Below are positions 38,841-54,631 of a stretch of DNA of 64,000 bases, piece by piece. The notes under the pieces are model-generated. The model ran no database searches. It saw only the letters and a program-made list of their open reading frames with translations, and had not been told where the DNA came from. The DNA is from Bugula neritina (lineage: Eukaryota > Animalia > Bryozoa), in the NCBI GenBank assembly GCA_964035545.1, contig OZ037770.1, positions 11,986,463 to 12,050,462 of the forward strand, in the 5' to 3' direction. The position numbers and the translations under genes are program-made. Each line of letters starts with the position of its first letter. Within the stretch, counting starts at the first letter, position 1.

Positions 38841-40582
38841 CTACTTTCTAGAAAATTGAACATTTTCTTTTGAAATTTATTTAGGAAAAACAACTTCGAA
38901 CATGTTTTTATTTGTGTTAAGTTACCAGTTTAATTTAAATCATTATAATATTTTACTCATAAAGTCTTTGAACAAGCCTTTTTTACGAATAAAAGCTGAA
39001 TCTAATAAAATAATCAAAAGGGAAATGGTGTCTAAACAATTATTTTAAAGCTCACATAAGTTGATAATTTTCATTTCTGATACAAAGGGTTGCTTTCAAT
39101 TTCGTTAACATAAAATTTTGCTTATGTGTCTTAAAAAATGCAATGTTTCGATTTTGTGATATATCTTTAAGATCTTAAATAAAAAAGTTAAACTAGGTAT
39201 TATAATTTATTATTATTTTGCTTACAATAAAAATAATTTCAATCTATAACTTCTAATTTTGCTGTATAACAGACTTTATAAGCTGCAAGCATAGAAAAAT
39301 ATTAATTTTATGTTAAATAGATTTCAAAATTTATTTCTTACAAAATTAGTCATACAATTTGTCAGCCATAGCCATATTACGTAACTTGAAATCATAACAA
39401 AGCCAATGTAGGCTACATCGCATCATGTGATAACCTCACTTCTACGCAACTTTTTGCCTCATCATTTGAGAGTGCTAGATGCAAACACATGCATTTCAAT
39501 TTTAGAGCTGTTTGATTTCATATTATTTTGCTTTCTAATTTTGAAATTATTAAATTTAAAAGTAGAAATTTAAATAGAGCGATATATATGAAAATTTATA
39601 TATTATATTAACATAGTATGCTTCTTCAATTAGCGCTATAGAATAAGAAATTTAGAAAAGGGGTTTTCTACTCCTAAACTTTAGTTCAGTTAGAGTTGTT
39701 AGTTTAGTAAAATCTACTAGGCAATTTATTGTTGCAAGTGAACTGACCTTTTCTAATGAGAAACTCTTTTTTTAATAATTATTTAATAAAAGCTATAGCA
39801 GGTAAATTTCCTACCTGAATATGCCAAGAGACCTGATATCTGCACCTTAATATTTGCATCTGCACTTTTATCTGCATATTTTGTAATAAGGACATCTGTG
39901 CTCTACTATCTGATCCTACTCTATTTAAACACAGCTTAGCACAACTGGCTCCTAGATAGATGATCAAACTACCCACAAATAATTAGGAGAAGACAAGTCT
40001 AAAATGCAGAGAGCTTTTCAAAAAAGGACAAACAACTCCTTGTCTTTGATCATGTTTTTATTTGTATTAAGTTACCAGTTATAGTGTAACTAGTTGATAG
40101 TTACTAGTTTAGTAAAAATTACTGGCAATTTGTTGTTGCAAGTGAACTGACCTTTTCGAATGAGAAACTCTTTATTCAATGATTATTTAATAAAAGCTAT
40201 AGCAGATAAATTTTCTACTTGAATATGCAAAAATACCTGATATTTGCACAATTGCTTAGGATACACACTGTTATATAATGTAAGATGATATAATAATAAT
40301 AATAGTTATGGCAATAAAAAATAAAATAATGCAAATAGTTTTTTCCATTTACTGATTTATGTAGAATAATAACAACTTGAAAGAAAAAATTCTTGTGGTT
40401 AAAAGATGCAATAATGAAGTATTTATGAAGCACATAGAATTAATTTTTTACTTTTTATATATAATTCAACAAGCTTTAACTAGTTTTCTTAATGACCTAA
40501 GCATAGAATAAGTATAGAGTAGGTATATAATAAGTATAGAGTAGGTGTAAAGAAGGTGTAGAGTAAGTGCATAGAGTAAGTG

Positions 40583-40708
<126 letters not shown>

Positions 40709-40820
40709 GCAAAATATGTATAAAAACATTTATACTTATTAAATTGTGGTTAGAGTCAAATATAATCAAGTTTTAAATGTGTCATATCAAAATACATAAG
40801 GATATAACATATAAAATTAT

Positions 40821-41040
40821 AAAAAAACTAACGGAAGTTTATTTATAGTCACCATCCCTGTAAGAAACCCCTGATGAAAGAGGTTTTTGTTAAAGCGGGC
40901 TATGGACTTATTTTAATGAGGCACAGAAGCAATTATGACTGGATGCTCTTCCTAACATCACTAATGGGCTTTGTCCGACTGAACCCATGACATTCGTGCT
41001 TACTAGGCAAACACTTAAACCCCTAGACCACGGCTGCTCC
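40821..41040 (-). mobile_element. tRNA-derived SINE copy
   Basis: Collinear with the family; ends in ccctagaccacggctgctcc. Confidence 0.85.
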
Positions 41041-41647
41041 CTATAACATATCAAACTATAGTATAGTTCTATATGCAAGATAATTTGATATTTAGTTATG
41101 GTGATATGCTTTACTAATGTAAAATTCAAATCTACAAAATATGTTTGATAAATTGAGTTAATGATAATGTTTATATATTAAATTTAATTCCAGACTTCTA
41201 TAATTATTGTAAAGATTTTTAAAATGAATTTATTTTAACACTGATGCTAAAGAACAACCAAGTTGAAACTATAAGTGAGTTTTGAAACAAAAACCTTGCA
41301 TATCGCACAGCCAGACAGCGTCAGGGCAGATGAAGTTTCTCACACCTAACAATGCTAGGCAATGTTTCAACATATAAGATTTATTTCTAATACCTGAAAT
41401 AATTAGCAACAAGTTAACTTACAACATATTGCACTCATTGCATAAATTGATGGTAATTAGTGCTTTTGCAGTTGGTATATATCCTTCCATATAAATGACT
41501 TTAACTGCAGAAAAAGGATTATCTATTGCCAGGATATTGCTTGCTAGTTTATATCAATTAACTTAAGCTATCGTGTAGCTCTCCATCTATTAATAACATC
41601 CTTCTATTCAGCACGTGAAGCTACCCAAGTGTATGACAAAAAAGCCT

Positions 41648-41862
41648 GCACAAGTTTATATAAGTCCTCATTTGTGTGAGAAAACCTCTGATGGAAGAGG
41701 TTTTTTGTTAAATCGGGCTAAGGACTTATTCAGATGGGGCACAGGAGTAATTATGACTGGTTGCTTTTCCTAACATCATCAATGGCCCTATATAATTGTA
41801 GAGGTTAAACCTATATGACTTCGTGCTTATACTAGGCAAGCGCTTTAACCTCTAGACCACAG
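41648..41862 (-). mobile_element. tRNA-derived SINE copy
   Basis: Collinear with the family (caagtttata...gggctaaggacttattcagatggggcacagga...cctctagaccac). Confidence 0.8.
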
Positions 41863-43379
41863 TTACACAGGGAGCAACCGTCTGATATTGTTTACTAAAT
41901 CCTATACTGTTTGTCAAGATTTGCATATCAAAATCTTAAATTTCTTCCAGTATCAGCCACATGGTGGGTTGACCTCAGCAATAAAAAGTTCATATGGGAT
42001 AGTGATTAAAAACTACAATAAATGATTAAAAATTTCAAGGAATTTTATTGCCATTCAAAATTAACATAAAACTGCAACAATTGAAAAAACTGCTTTAGAC
42101 TGAACTCTGCAAAGAATCTTGCATAATGTAAATATATCATAACCACACTGCTAAAATGAATTAAGCTAAACAACTTTACACTTTATATTTGTAAGATAGC
42201 AAGCACCAAACTATCTCAATTATGACTCGAACAGAGGAAGCACCATTTAAGAAAGTTGAAAACAGTTATAAATTTGTTCTATACTGACCATGCAGCTGTT
42301 TGTCTGGCTGTCTGTCTGTCCATACAATGTTTATATAAATCCATGAAAAACATGTGAACAGATTATAACTTATTTCATTATGCTTTATGATTATATCTAC
42401 TTCTACAATATATATAAAATGAACACTTAATGCCCATAGAACACTGGGCATTATATAGGCATATATACTTTATCATATAATATAATTTTATGTTTTTTAC
42501 TACAAGTTTGCATGGGATTATAAACATAAAATTAAAACAGGGTATTTTTACAATATAAACTGCTATAAGGATGAGAAACCCCCCCCCCCCATATTTTATT
42601 TTATCCTTTAGATACTCAGATATTAAATATTGTTTTACAACAGCTTAAAGTTAATGCAGATCGTCTTTGCTGTAAACTGGTTGTGATTGAAAATTTGTCT
42701 GTCTAGTTGTTAGTTGATAATTCTTACCTATTCTCAAATATCTCCGCTTTGTCCTGTTCGGGTAGTGGGTAATTGTTATTTGATAATACCAATGTGATAA
42801 TATTTTGATTATCAACATATTTTAGCTTTTTTAAATGAAGCAATAGCTAATGACAATATCTTTCAAATTGCCACATATATGCATCTGCATTATATAAAAC
42901 ATATACCTAATAGCTAACCAATTACCTGCACTTATACTCAGTTCAACAATAATTGTTTTAGTAATTGGTTAAATTGTATAATGAAAATGTCAAACTCAAA
43001 AACTGAGGTTGAGATTTTTTTAATGTCTTTACAAGTTTTTTTCTAATTCAATTGAACTCCAAACTCCTAATTTACTATTTACTGTTTTACAAGAGTTAAT
43101 GACATTAAGCTTTGACCTAACGTAAAATTAATTACTTTAATTCTAATCAAATTTACCTTCTTGAGCTGAAGTTCGGGACTGGAATAATGATATAGATTCA
43201 ATTAAAATAAATTGGAGGTAGAACAAGTAAAATTAGAACACTTTTTGGGCAAGCCAATGCTTATTGGTGAAAAATAACAGAAAAAAACATTTATGAATAG
43301 CAGTGGCATTAAGTGGCATTAATGGCTACATGTTAAAATTCAAACCACTGACTAGGGAATGAGAACACATGATCTAGCA

Positions 43380-43578
43380 AGCCTGTGGACCAGCCTGTGG
43401 ACCAGCCTGTGGACCAGCCTGTGGACCAGCGTGTGGAATAGCCTGTGGACCGGCCTGTGGACCAACCTGTGGACCAACCTGTAGATCAACCTGTGGACCA
43501 GCCTGTAGACTAGCCTGTGAACCAGCCTGTAGACTAGCCTGTGGACCAACCTGTGGACCAGCCTGCGGACCAGCCTGT
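43380..43578. repeat. GC-rich 12-bp minisatellite (GCCTGTGGACCA), about 16 copies
   Basis: Direct tandem repeats about 550 bp upstream of the sulfatase ATG. Confidence 0.92.
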
Positions 43579-44124
43579 GTTACAACTACTGAACCGCTGC
43601 TGATGTTTCATAAACTTATGCAACTCAATTAAAAGTTGTATTTCAATAGCTTAGGCTGCATGGTATGAATTACCTAAAACTCTGCATTTACAAAATATGA
43701 ATTGTGTGAACTAATAATTATTATGCATTCAATTATGTTTATATAGGTATTGTTATGCTGTGTTTGAGCTGCTCATCATAGTAATTGTGAATTAGTTCAA
43801 CTTCCACATAATCTCAAAGCTAACAATGTTGTTATTTAGTTCATCCTGATATAATCCTATTATGTAGAGGTGTAACCTATCACCACCCTAAGCATAATAT
43901 TACCGATGCATTGCAAAAAATGCCAAACATTACAAATAAATGATGCGGCTGAAACAAGATACAATAGTTTGCATTTCAACGTGATTACAAATCCATTAAT
44001 CAAATTGTTGTCGTAATTAAGATAAATTACTCGCATGGAATGGTGATGTAAGAACGCAGGCAGTGACTATCACATATAAACAGCCTATCACAGATTGTTT
44101 AACTTCAGTAAGTCAGTTGCCTGC

Positions 44125-45286
44125 ATGATGAACGCACATTACCTGCTCTGGTTTTGTATCGTCTTGGCTTGCTTCACTGCTTATACTCAAAGTTTGCATA
44201 AGGACAGGAGATTCCTTGGACAAAACTGGCGTGGCAACAGACGGCGCTCCGTTGGGAAGCTGTCAGCTGGTAGAACACAGTCTAGCAATTCAAAGACAGC
44301 TCAGTTCACTAAAAATGGAGTTAAACCAAATATTATATTTATCATGGCTGACGACCTGGGTATGTTTTGAAATTGCTTAATGGTTTCATTATTTGACCCA
44401 TTTGACTGATGTCTTTGTAAACTCTGGTAATTACAGTCAATGTATTCATAAAAACGCGTGCATAGAATGACAAGCAAGATACTTTTTACTTAAAATGCTG
44501 TTAAGTATTTATAAATTACATAAGAATATTTAAAATAAATAAATATAGGCTATGAAATGTATCACAAACATTTTTTAGCTGTTTTTTAGATTTATTAAAC
44601 TAAATTTTTAATAAATAGATCTTGGTAAATTACATTAATGGTTAATTTCTACATTAACTAAAGCTGTGGTTAAGAATAATATTTTTACTGCGTGGAATGA
44701 ATGAATCATTGCATGTAGAAAATGCAATCATTATATAGGCGAGACTTTTACATGGTAAAGTGATGTGCAGTAAAACATTGTTGTGGGAATATAGAGGCAT
44801 AAAAGTGTTTACTCATTGCAGGATTATTGGTCACAAGAAGCTTAATCAAAACCACTGAGGTGCTTTTTCTACCATTTTTTAATAACTTTAAATTCTTATT
44901 TCTTACTAACACTGATTTTTTAAGCAAACAACTTAAGCATCTAGTCGCAAGTCATTTCAAGTATATAATTAGCATTTAAGTTAACACTGCAGTTGTTCTT
45001 TTGTTACTGGTTATAATAAAATTTTGCCATTAAACACACACACAGCACACACACACACGCACACGCACACGCACACGCACACGCACACGCACACGCACAC
45101 GCACACGCACACGCACACGCACACGCACACGCACACTGCACACTGCACACTGCACACTGCACACTGCACACTGCACACTGCACACTGCACACTGCACTGC
45201 ACACTGCACACTGCACACTGCACACTGCACACTGCACACTGCACACTGCACACTGCACACTGCACACTGCACACTGCACACTGCAC

Positions 45287-45358
<72 letters not shown>

Positions 45359-48300
45359 CACGCGCACATTTGATTAATATTTGTTGATTTTATGTTAACT
45401 GTTACTTTAAAGGTGGTTTAGTACTAAGCTGAATGGCTAATCTATAGATGTTAAAAATTTGGTAAATGGAGTTGAAGCAATTAAAATTTTAACACAAATG
45501 ATGAAAACCTAACCGCTTAAGCCATTATTAAGATAAACTTCTTTTCTTCAAATACTTGTAATTCACATTCAAATTTTTGCAGGTTTACAAAAATCTTTCT
45601 TATAAACTTAGTGAATTTAGCCGTCCTATAATTTGAACAAATTTCTGTCAATTTTTGATCTTTTGATTTTTGAAGCGTGTGCATATTTTCAAAATTACAT
45701 TTTCTAGAGGCCTATGACCTAATAATTTTGGTAATTTGGCAATTAGAAATATATTACTGTTTCAATAACTCTAAGTTTTGGAGAGTAGATGTGGTCCAGC
45801 AATTAAAGCTAGTAAACATTAGGCGAGTGGTTATAAAGCTCAAACACTAGCAGTAATGTTAAAAAGAGCGTAATTTCTTTTGTCGCTTTAATAAGGACCT
45901 TTCCATTAGGGGTTCTTGCAGGGATGGTGACTATAAACTTGTGTGAGTTTTGTAGTCCTACGTTTTGGCAGTTTTGTAAATTTTTGTAGCTCAATTAAAC
46001 TTAGGCAACACCCATTGTTAAACTAGCAGAGGTCATTGATATTTAGATTAATGTGATTTATTTTATAGAAATTTCATTTCCACAGTTTATAGCCATAGCT
46101 GATCATAAATTTACCTGTCACATGTATCTGTAACTGATGCTACGGTGAAAATACGCTTGTGCTTAAATTTAAAGCCAATGCATGCCATTTATGGATCCTA
46201 GCACAGAGTTTTCTTAGCAAACCTCTACAAACCTCCCATAACTTATACAACAAGCTTCTCTTCTTTGCATGAATTAACTTGCTAATAGATTATTAATTTT
46301 TTAATAACTTATCGCTTAAGTCTGAGCAAAGCCTGAAGACTAAAGTTTTATGTAGATGAAAAGGTTGCTGTATGATTACGTTGGGGAACCACTCGACTTT
46401 TTCAAAATCCTCATCTAGATGGAACTCTAATTCTGCACTAGGGTTGCTGCTTTAGACAATCATTTATTGAATTAAACCCGGATTATCTCTCATTGTTTGA
46501 TAGTATCAATAGAAAACCGTTTCCCAAAGCATCATTAACAGGATTGCAGTTAATAATGTATGTAATAAACTGTAATGGCTATTTTTGTTACACACCTGTC
46601 AGTTGAAAGAGTAGATAACCTTAGACACCTGTTATGTAATTAATGTTCCATATTATTATTCCATCCATCATGTGACTGCAGACAATATCACAAGTAGTTA
46701 ACCTCATTGAAATCACCAACCATGTCTAAAAAATCATGCATGACTTTACCACAGATCGGTCATTTATTCGTTCTATAAATAGTCATTGAAATGAGTCATG
46801 TAAATTGACTGTTTCCACCTGCAGGTTGGAATGATGTAGGCTTCCACAACAGACTTGTGAATACGCCCAATATTGATTGGTTGGCTAGGAATGGTATAGA
46901 GCTGACAGATGTGCATGCTTCACCACTATGCTCTCCGTGAGTACCCTGGAAGTATTCTTTTATTTCTGCTGTAAGCCTTATTTTATAGTCTGCCTTTAGT
47001 GGAAAAGAATTACTACAATGATGCTGGTATTGAACTTCGTTACTGTTGCTAGGTAATCTTTACAATAAAACTTTATAGCAAGCAACGAATGAAAACCTTA
47101 CAATTTTCCTCTTGGTTTTTATTTTTCTGTTCTCAATGGAGTGTTTTTGTAACTGGTAAAAGGCTAAATTGTTTTTAAGGTATTTTAAGATTAAAATTCA
47201 ACCATTAAGTTTACCTAGGTTGCATCAGCATCACACAGTCTGGAACTACAAATTATCATAGTAAATTATCGTGGTACATCAAGCTAAAAAAGAATTATCA
47301 CACACCGGTAGCTTGCCTTTCAATCAACACAACTGAAAATGACATTTAGCTGTTTTAATGTTTTTAATTAAAAATTGAATACAAGTACTTTTAAAACTGT
47401 ATTATTTAAACTATAGTTTTATAAAAACAATTTATATTGTGTATATGCAACAACAATGAGCATTCACTTTGAGTTCATATTGCGTTATTTGATTACAGTT
47501 AATATTGTGCATACTAATGACAATACTTATACATAATTATCAATATATCTGAGTATCAAGGTATGAGTCGCCATCACCAATATTTCTAACTTTCCCACAG
47601 CTTATTTGTTTTGCATTTACTAAGCTGCCTTCCATTTAGGTAAAGGGGTAAAGAACTTTCAATATAGCCCAAGTTCACCAACTTTTATACTAAATTTTGG
47701 CTTAGGTGCCAGATTGAAATTCCATAACTGCTTTTGTTACTTTTTGAATCTATAACACAAGCTTCTTTCTATTAATACAATCTCTTGCATTTACAGCCCT
47801 TTAGTAATATACTTGACCTTTGGTCGCAGCTTTACTTGCATCACTTTACAATATCTTAGAGTACACAGGCTATGTTATATATATAGTCACTCTGCTTTAA
47901 GCTTTACCTTACCTTTGCCCCAACAAGTATCTTTGATAGCAATTCATTGTAAAACTATTGAAATCAAGTAATTTGACATAAACTTTGGTTCCATTGCTTC
48001 GAAATCCATACATTTTCAAGTTTCGAATAGATTTTTCATGTTTAGGAGCAGTTGCATCGAATGAGACCACAAATATAGAAGTTGATGCAAAACAGCAACT
48101 ACATATTTATTCAAAGCAGAGTAAACACAGTGATTATCTATAACATATTATTGCCCTTAGAGTAATTGACTTTATAGACTAATCTTTAATTATATTACAT
48201 AGAAAATGTTAACCTTTTAATAATAAACTTATATGTTTGGTTCTTAGGCCTACAGACAAGTTGTGCCCACAGCTCTGTCTTAGGTGTTAAATATGTGGCA

Positions 48301-50545
48301 AAATTATGCGCTATAGTTGTTGTTATATATAAGCAAAATAATTTGACAGTTTGACATGGTAGAGTTAGAGTGTAATAACTCAGGACCTAAGATGTTATAG
48401 GCCAAGAGAAAATACTATAAAGTGAAATGCCAGTAAAGATTCACCGAAACATCAGCCTAGTTCACTGCGATCACTTTTGAATTACACCTGCTTATGCAAA
48501 ATAAATCTAGTTATGCAGTTAAATCTTTAAACACTGCTAGGGTTAGGTACGTGGGAGGATTTAGACTAACAGTGTAGGATATAATGTTATGTTGCTATGT
48601 AAAGTAAGCTGTGTGTAATTGCTGTGGCTTTATAACAAGGGATATTCTCTATCTTATAAACATAATCCCAAGATAACACCATGACCTTAATACTGCAATT
48701 AACATTACCCATAACCCGGTCAAGTTGGTAACTGCTCGTAATGTTAGGTTTACCTAGTATAGTCCTTGTGGTGTGATGGTATCACGCCTGGGTGCAAGCC
48801 CTGGGTTCAGGGTTTGAATTCCAGTGCAGCAAAAGTTTTATAGCTAATGAATCTACTTGTAGATCTCGGGCTTCTCTACTCACAGGCAAATATCCCTCAA
48901 ACAATGGATTGCAGGTAAGTTTCTCTCAGATAGTTTGTAGTACACTTGCTAGGGTTGGTAAGAACTTTATTGCTGATTAGTGTCTTCACTGAGTTGGAAG
49001 AATATTTATTATCAAAACTAACCAAGGGCTTTCTATTTGATAAAGCATTATGCAAGGGCTAAAACACTTTATGCAAGAACGTATATAAAGTAAGGGGCAT
49101 TTAGAAAACGATATAAATTTTTTTGATACAGCTTTTTTCTAGCTTTTCTTTGATTATATTTATCTCTATTGACAGAATAACAATATGTTCTCTCATTGAC
49201 ATAACGAAATTCACAACTTGACTTAACAGCTAAATTGAATTTCTTTGGTAACAACATTTTAGTTCCGTTAAAAGAAAAAAAATATGTTGAAGGATTTTGT
49301 CATTTCAGCAACTTGTGATGTTGGAACAAAGTAAAAGTTGTCTTCCCTTGGAACATAAAATTTTACCACAATATCTCAAAGAAGCTGGATATACGACTAA
49401 GATGGTAGGCAAGTGAGTTTTCTGACGTTCAAATATTCTTGATAGCTATAAAAACTATAATATACTTCTTGTATATGATAACAAATTGTATACACTATAT
49501 TTTGTTATACATATAGTATAATTAGGTACATAATCTCTACTATGTGCTATCCACTGGATCATATTATGATATTATAATATACTATAATATACCACATTAT
49601 ATAAATTCTATATTGCATACATTATATGTGATGCACTATAGACTATGAGTTATATAGTATGTGATAATGTATATATTACATAATACACACTATGGGATAC
49701 ATAAGGTGGTTATAATATGTACCCTGCATTTATTCTATATATACTAGAGACCATACACTATTAACTTCTATATATATTATTTACAGCATGTACAATAAGC
49801 TAAGTGCTTTAGAAGTTGTAATATATACGATATTGTATACTCTTTATTAAATACATGGTGTACTGTTTATTATATTACATGTTAGTGATATATAATATAC
49901 ACTATATTATGCTAAATGCAATCAATATAATTTAACTTAAAGGAGTTTTATTAAACAGTACTTTCTCATTTTTCAGAGTTACATAAATTTGGTTGCCAAA
50001 ATTTGAAATATTCTCATAGTAACATAACATAACTCATATAAAAACAATATTATTTACTATTTATTTTAAAAACCCATGAGAACAAAGTTACAGCAATTAA
50101 TGCATGAACTTGTTATAGTTTACACTTGAGTCTCCTATATCTACATTCATGTTATATAACTATTGTTTTAGATGGCATTTAGGAAGTTGCAGCAAAAGAT
50201 GTCTTCCCACACACAGAGGTTTTGACGAGTTTAGGGGAATTCTTGAGAACCAGGCCAGCTACTTCAATTGGAGTATGACTTAAAAGATTAAATACTTTCT
50301 TATCAAAAATTAAAATACATAATCATTCAGCTAATTATCTATCGCAGTGACACTAAAGAGCTTTATTAAGCTAAACTAAAGCTAAACTAAACTTTATTAA
50401 ACTAAAGCTTTATTAAACTATTTACAAATTTATCCATGGGAGCATTTTATTCAAAGCAATGGAAATGCAGTGATCGCGTTAGCTATGGGTGAAATATTTT
50501 ATGTAGGTTATACCAGTCGTACATATTTACTTATCTATCGGTAAT

Positions 50546-50591
<46 letters not shown>

Positions 50592-53500
50592 AAACACACA
50601 CACACACAAACACACACACAAACACACACACAAACACACACACAAACACACACACAAACGCACACACAAACGCACACACAAACGCACACACAAACGCACA
50701 CACAAACGCACACACAAACGCACACACAAACACGCACACAAACACGCACACACACACACTCGCATCACACGCATCATTCACACATCTCAATCTGTCTACA
50801 GAGGTGTACATATATATTACACTTTCAAAAACAGTTTTTTACACAGGAATTAATATTTTAGCATATCTGGGTGTGATGAACAGGATGGAGGGTGATGAGC
50901 CGTCAACAAGAAACATTGGCACTCATCTTACAGTAAGTTAGTTGTCATGGTAACATATAAAACATACTCTTTAACTTCCTTCTCATTTAATGCATATAAT
51001 CTACTTGTGTGGTAGAATTGCCCACCCAAGTAGATTATAACTTCCTTTTACGAATTTGTGTAATAAGATAAATGATTGTACTATGTGAATAAAAGCACAT
51101 TTTTAGTGCAATAGATATATCAACAGTTTGTTAGTTTTTGGTAAAGTTGAAATTTGGTACTCCTTATATTCATCTAATAATATAGTATTATGAGCATTAC
51201 TAGATAAAAGTGTGCAGTTATAGATTATGACGAGAGCTATTAAGTCTTATTGTGCTTATATTATTGTACAAAATCCACTCAAATCTATGTAAAATTATAC
51301 AGAAGTTTTGTATTTATTTCTATTTTACTTTCACCATAATTTTGTATATGGTTTGTATACGGTTTGATGCAAAATATGTTTTCTTTTGTCAAAAATTGAA
51401 TATATTAACATTCTAATGTTATTCAAAAGATATTTAACTGTGTTTTAAGGACTGTGTATAAAGCCTAATTATTTTTATAGCCAAAACAATTCAACTAAGC
51501 TTTTGGAGTTGCTAATATAGATAAATAAAATATTTATAACTATAGGTTGATCATAACTGTATAGTCTAACTAACAATTGTTCTTTTTAACAGCAATAGGA
51601 AAATATTTTCAATATTTCATAGATTCAGCATCAGCTAGACACTGAAGAAATGATTCTGGCTCACAACAAAAACAAGTCACCTTTATTCATGTATATATCC
51701 CCAATGGCAGTACATCAACCATTAGAGGTGAATATAAAACTGTATTTGAGAGTTATGCTCCTATTTAAGAGTTGTGCTATTTATGTGGAAATGCAAGCTG
51801 TCACAGGATTTTTAATTTAACAAAAATTGTGATGTTTATTAACAGCCTTTAATAAAAATGGTATATGTAAACTTTGATTAAAACTAGATTTATTTATATC
51901 ATCAGATATTGTTTGTTTTTCAAAGTTACATAACAGCAGCAGCTGACTTTTGAACTGGTAATTTGTTACATCTTATGACAACATAACAAGTATATAAACT
52001 GCAAAATTAATATATTTTATCAAAATCATTTTTATTGTAGTTTAGAAATTATGTATTTGCATACATACACAGTGCATCACAAGATTTACTATGAAAACAT
52101 TTTAACAAGTGCTGAGAATTTTCTTTTTATATACTTATCCTTGGATCCACTAACTCTTGCCACCAACACAACACTAAAGAGACATAACATGTTTGTCTGT
52201 TTTTGTGACAATTTTCTTGAAGATTTACTTTTTACTGAAACATTAAAACTTGAAAAGACATGTGCTTTACTCCTTATTCACAATTTCTTTTTCTTCCTCA
52301 GTTATAGGCTATAATTGAGAAACAATAAAAGCAATGTATGTTTCATTACTTTAAAAATAGTATCAGATAAGGATAAAGCCCACATTTTATTCAAATTTGT
52401 GTTAGTATTTAATACAGAGTATAGCAAAGAGCACTAACCATGTTTTAGAAGTAGTAATCTCTTCTTAAATATTCTTTTTAGGTGACCAATGACTTGTTCA
52501 ACAGACATAGCTTTTTAAATTCTAACAACCCTCGAGAAAACCAGAGAAGAAAATTTTTAGGTACGGTCGTTTCACTTCATATAGCTGTGATAAATATGTT
52601 ACCCCATAATATATAATTTTTATAAATATGTAAATTGCAACTATAATAATAGTTGAAATTTACATACATTATTTATTAGTATCTATTTTATATTTTAGTC
52701 TTTATTTTATTATATTTTGCATTTATTTATTACAATAATGTTTTATCGAACCTGTTTTATTTAAATATCGCATAGAGTGCGCATTTTGTTATTAAACGAA
52801 GCTTTAGCTACTGAATGTTTGCCAAAATTGAACCAAATTTTTATACACAATATAGCTGTTATCCCCTATATCACTGTATATTGGCCGTATAGAGCTTTGA
52901 GTGGTATATCATTCTCTAAGAGTGGATAGAACTATGCTCACACGTACATATGTACATATTATACACATATAAGTACGCACATACATACCTGTACTATAAG
53001 TACATGTTACTCCACTATACATCAGGTTTAGTAGCTGCAGTAGACGATCTTGTTGGAGCCACCATTCGTGCACTGAAGAAAATCAAACAATACAAAAACT
53101 CTATCATAGTCTTCACATCAGACGTAAGTTATGTTTTTTAGTATTATATTACCTTCTCTTGTAAAGTTTTTTGTAATCAGAATTTTGGTACTCCATATGC
53201 TAGCCGAGGCTAACTTTTGATTTAATCATTGTATAACGAAAGAAATGTCTTTCTGATTCTGATACTATATGTATGCTAGCAAACACTAAACTTATATTAG
53301 AAATAATCAAGAAGACTTATGTTAATAGAATGGTGGAGCATCCGGAGATTTGAATTTCCGAGCTCCTTTTACGTTTCAAAGTTTTGGTAACAACTACCCG
53401 CTACGAGGAGGGAAGACATCTTTTTATGAAGGAGGTACAAAATCCCCAACCATTTTTTTCAAGCCAGGCCTTCCCAACTCTGTTAGGGGCTCTAAAAGGG

Positions 53501-54578
53501 ACTTCCTCATGCATATAACAGACTGGATGCCCACACTTCTAGACCTGGCTGGTTTGCCAATCAGAATGAGTAAGCAACGTTATATAACAAGTATAATATA
53601 TATATAAATATGTCATTACACACACTATACTATTCTATAAAACACAGGGGACTTCTATATACTATATAATATAATGCAATACAAGATATGTATATCATAT
53701 GACATGTGGCATAAAATATAAAATATCTTTATAGTTCTATAATGTAATATATATATTTTTTTATCTTAGAATGTAGCATTACATATAATAACGCATCATA
53801 AGTTATATATTATGTATATAAAATGTATTGAATATACAGTAATATATACCCAATATTACGTACTGTGCTATATATTATATATCACACATTGTATCTTTCA
53901 TATTATATGATGCATGTATATAATATTACATTATCATAATATAATTCGTGAAACATAATATGCTAAATAATGTTATATATTGAGTAATATAAATTTTGAT
54001 TACATAAAGCACCAAAGTACAAACCAAATCTATCCCAAACCAAACCAAGCCAACATATTCTGTAAGAAAAATAACGCCATGAAGTTTATTTTCCTTTCAA
54101 GTAAATGTTATATGTATTTCTGTTCTCAGTTTTCAGTGTCAAGATTTTTAGATCGGTTGAAATGATTAAGTCTACTAAATATTATTTGTAGAACAATTTA
54201 TAGCAAATAGAATTGTTCTGTAGATAATAAGATAGATGGTATAAGTCAAAGCAAAAACTTAAAGACTAGCTACAAGTCAAGAAACAAGTATTCAGTGAGA
54301 TCTGAGCAGCTGATTGGTTTAACTGATTACACCTCACCTCAACTGACATCTGTGTGTAGTGACGCCGACACCGCTTACAGGTGCTTGTTTATGACTATCT
54401 GTTGCTACTGCTGCTACTACTACTGCTGCTACTACTGCTGCTGTTGTTACTACTATTGCTACTGATACTACTGCTGCTGCTACTGCTACTACTGCTACTA
54501 CTGCTACTACTGCTACTGCTACTACTGCTGCTACTACTACTGCTGCTGCTACTGCTACTACTGCTACTACTGCTACTG

Positions 54579-54631
<53 letters not shown>

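Noticed and set aside
48762-48831. tRNA-like sequence (A box TGGTGTGATGG, B box GGTTTGAATTCC)
   Set aside because: Acceptor and anticodon stems do not pair; at best a decayed tRNA-derived SINE head, not a tRNA gene.
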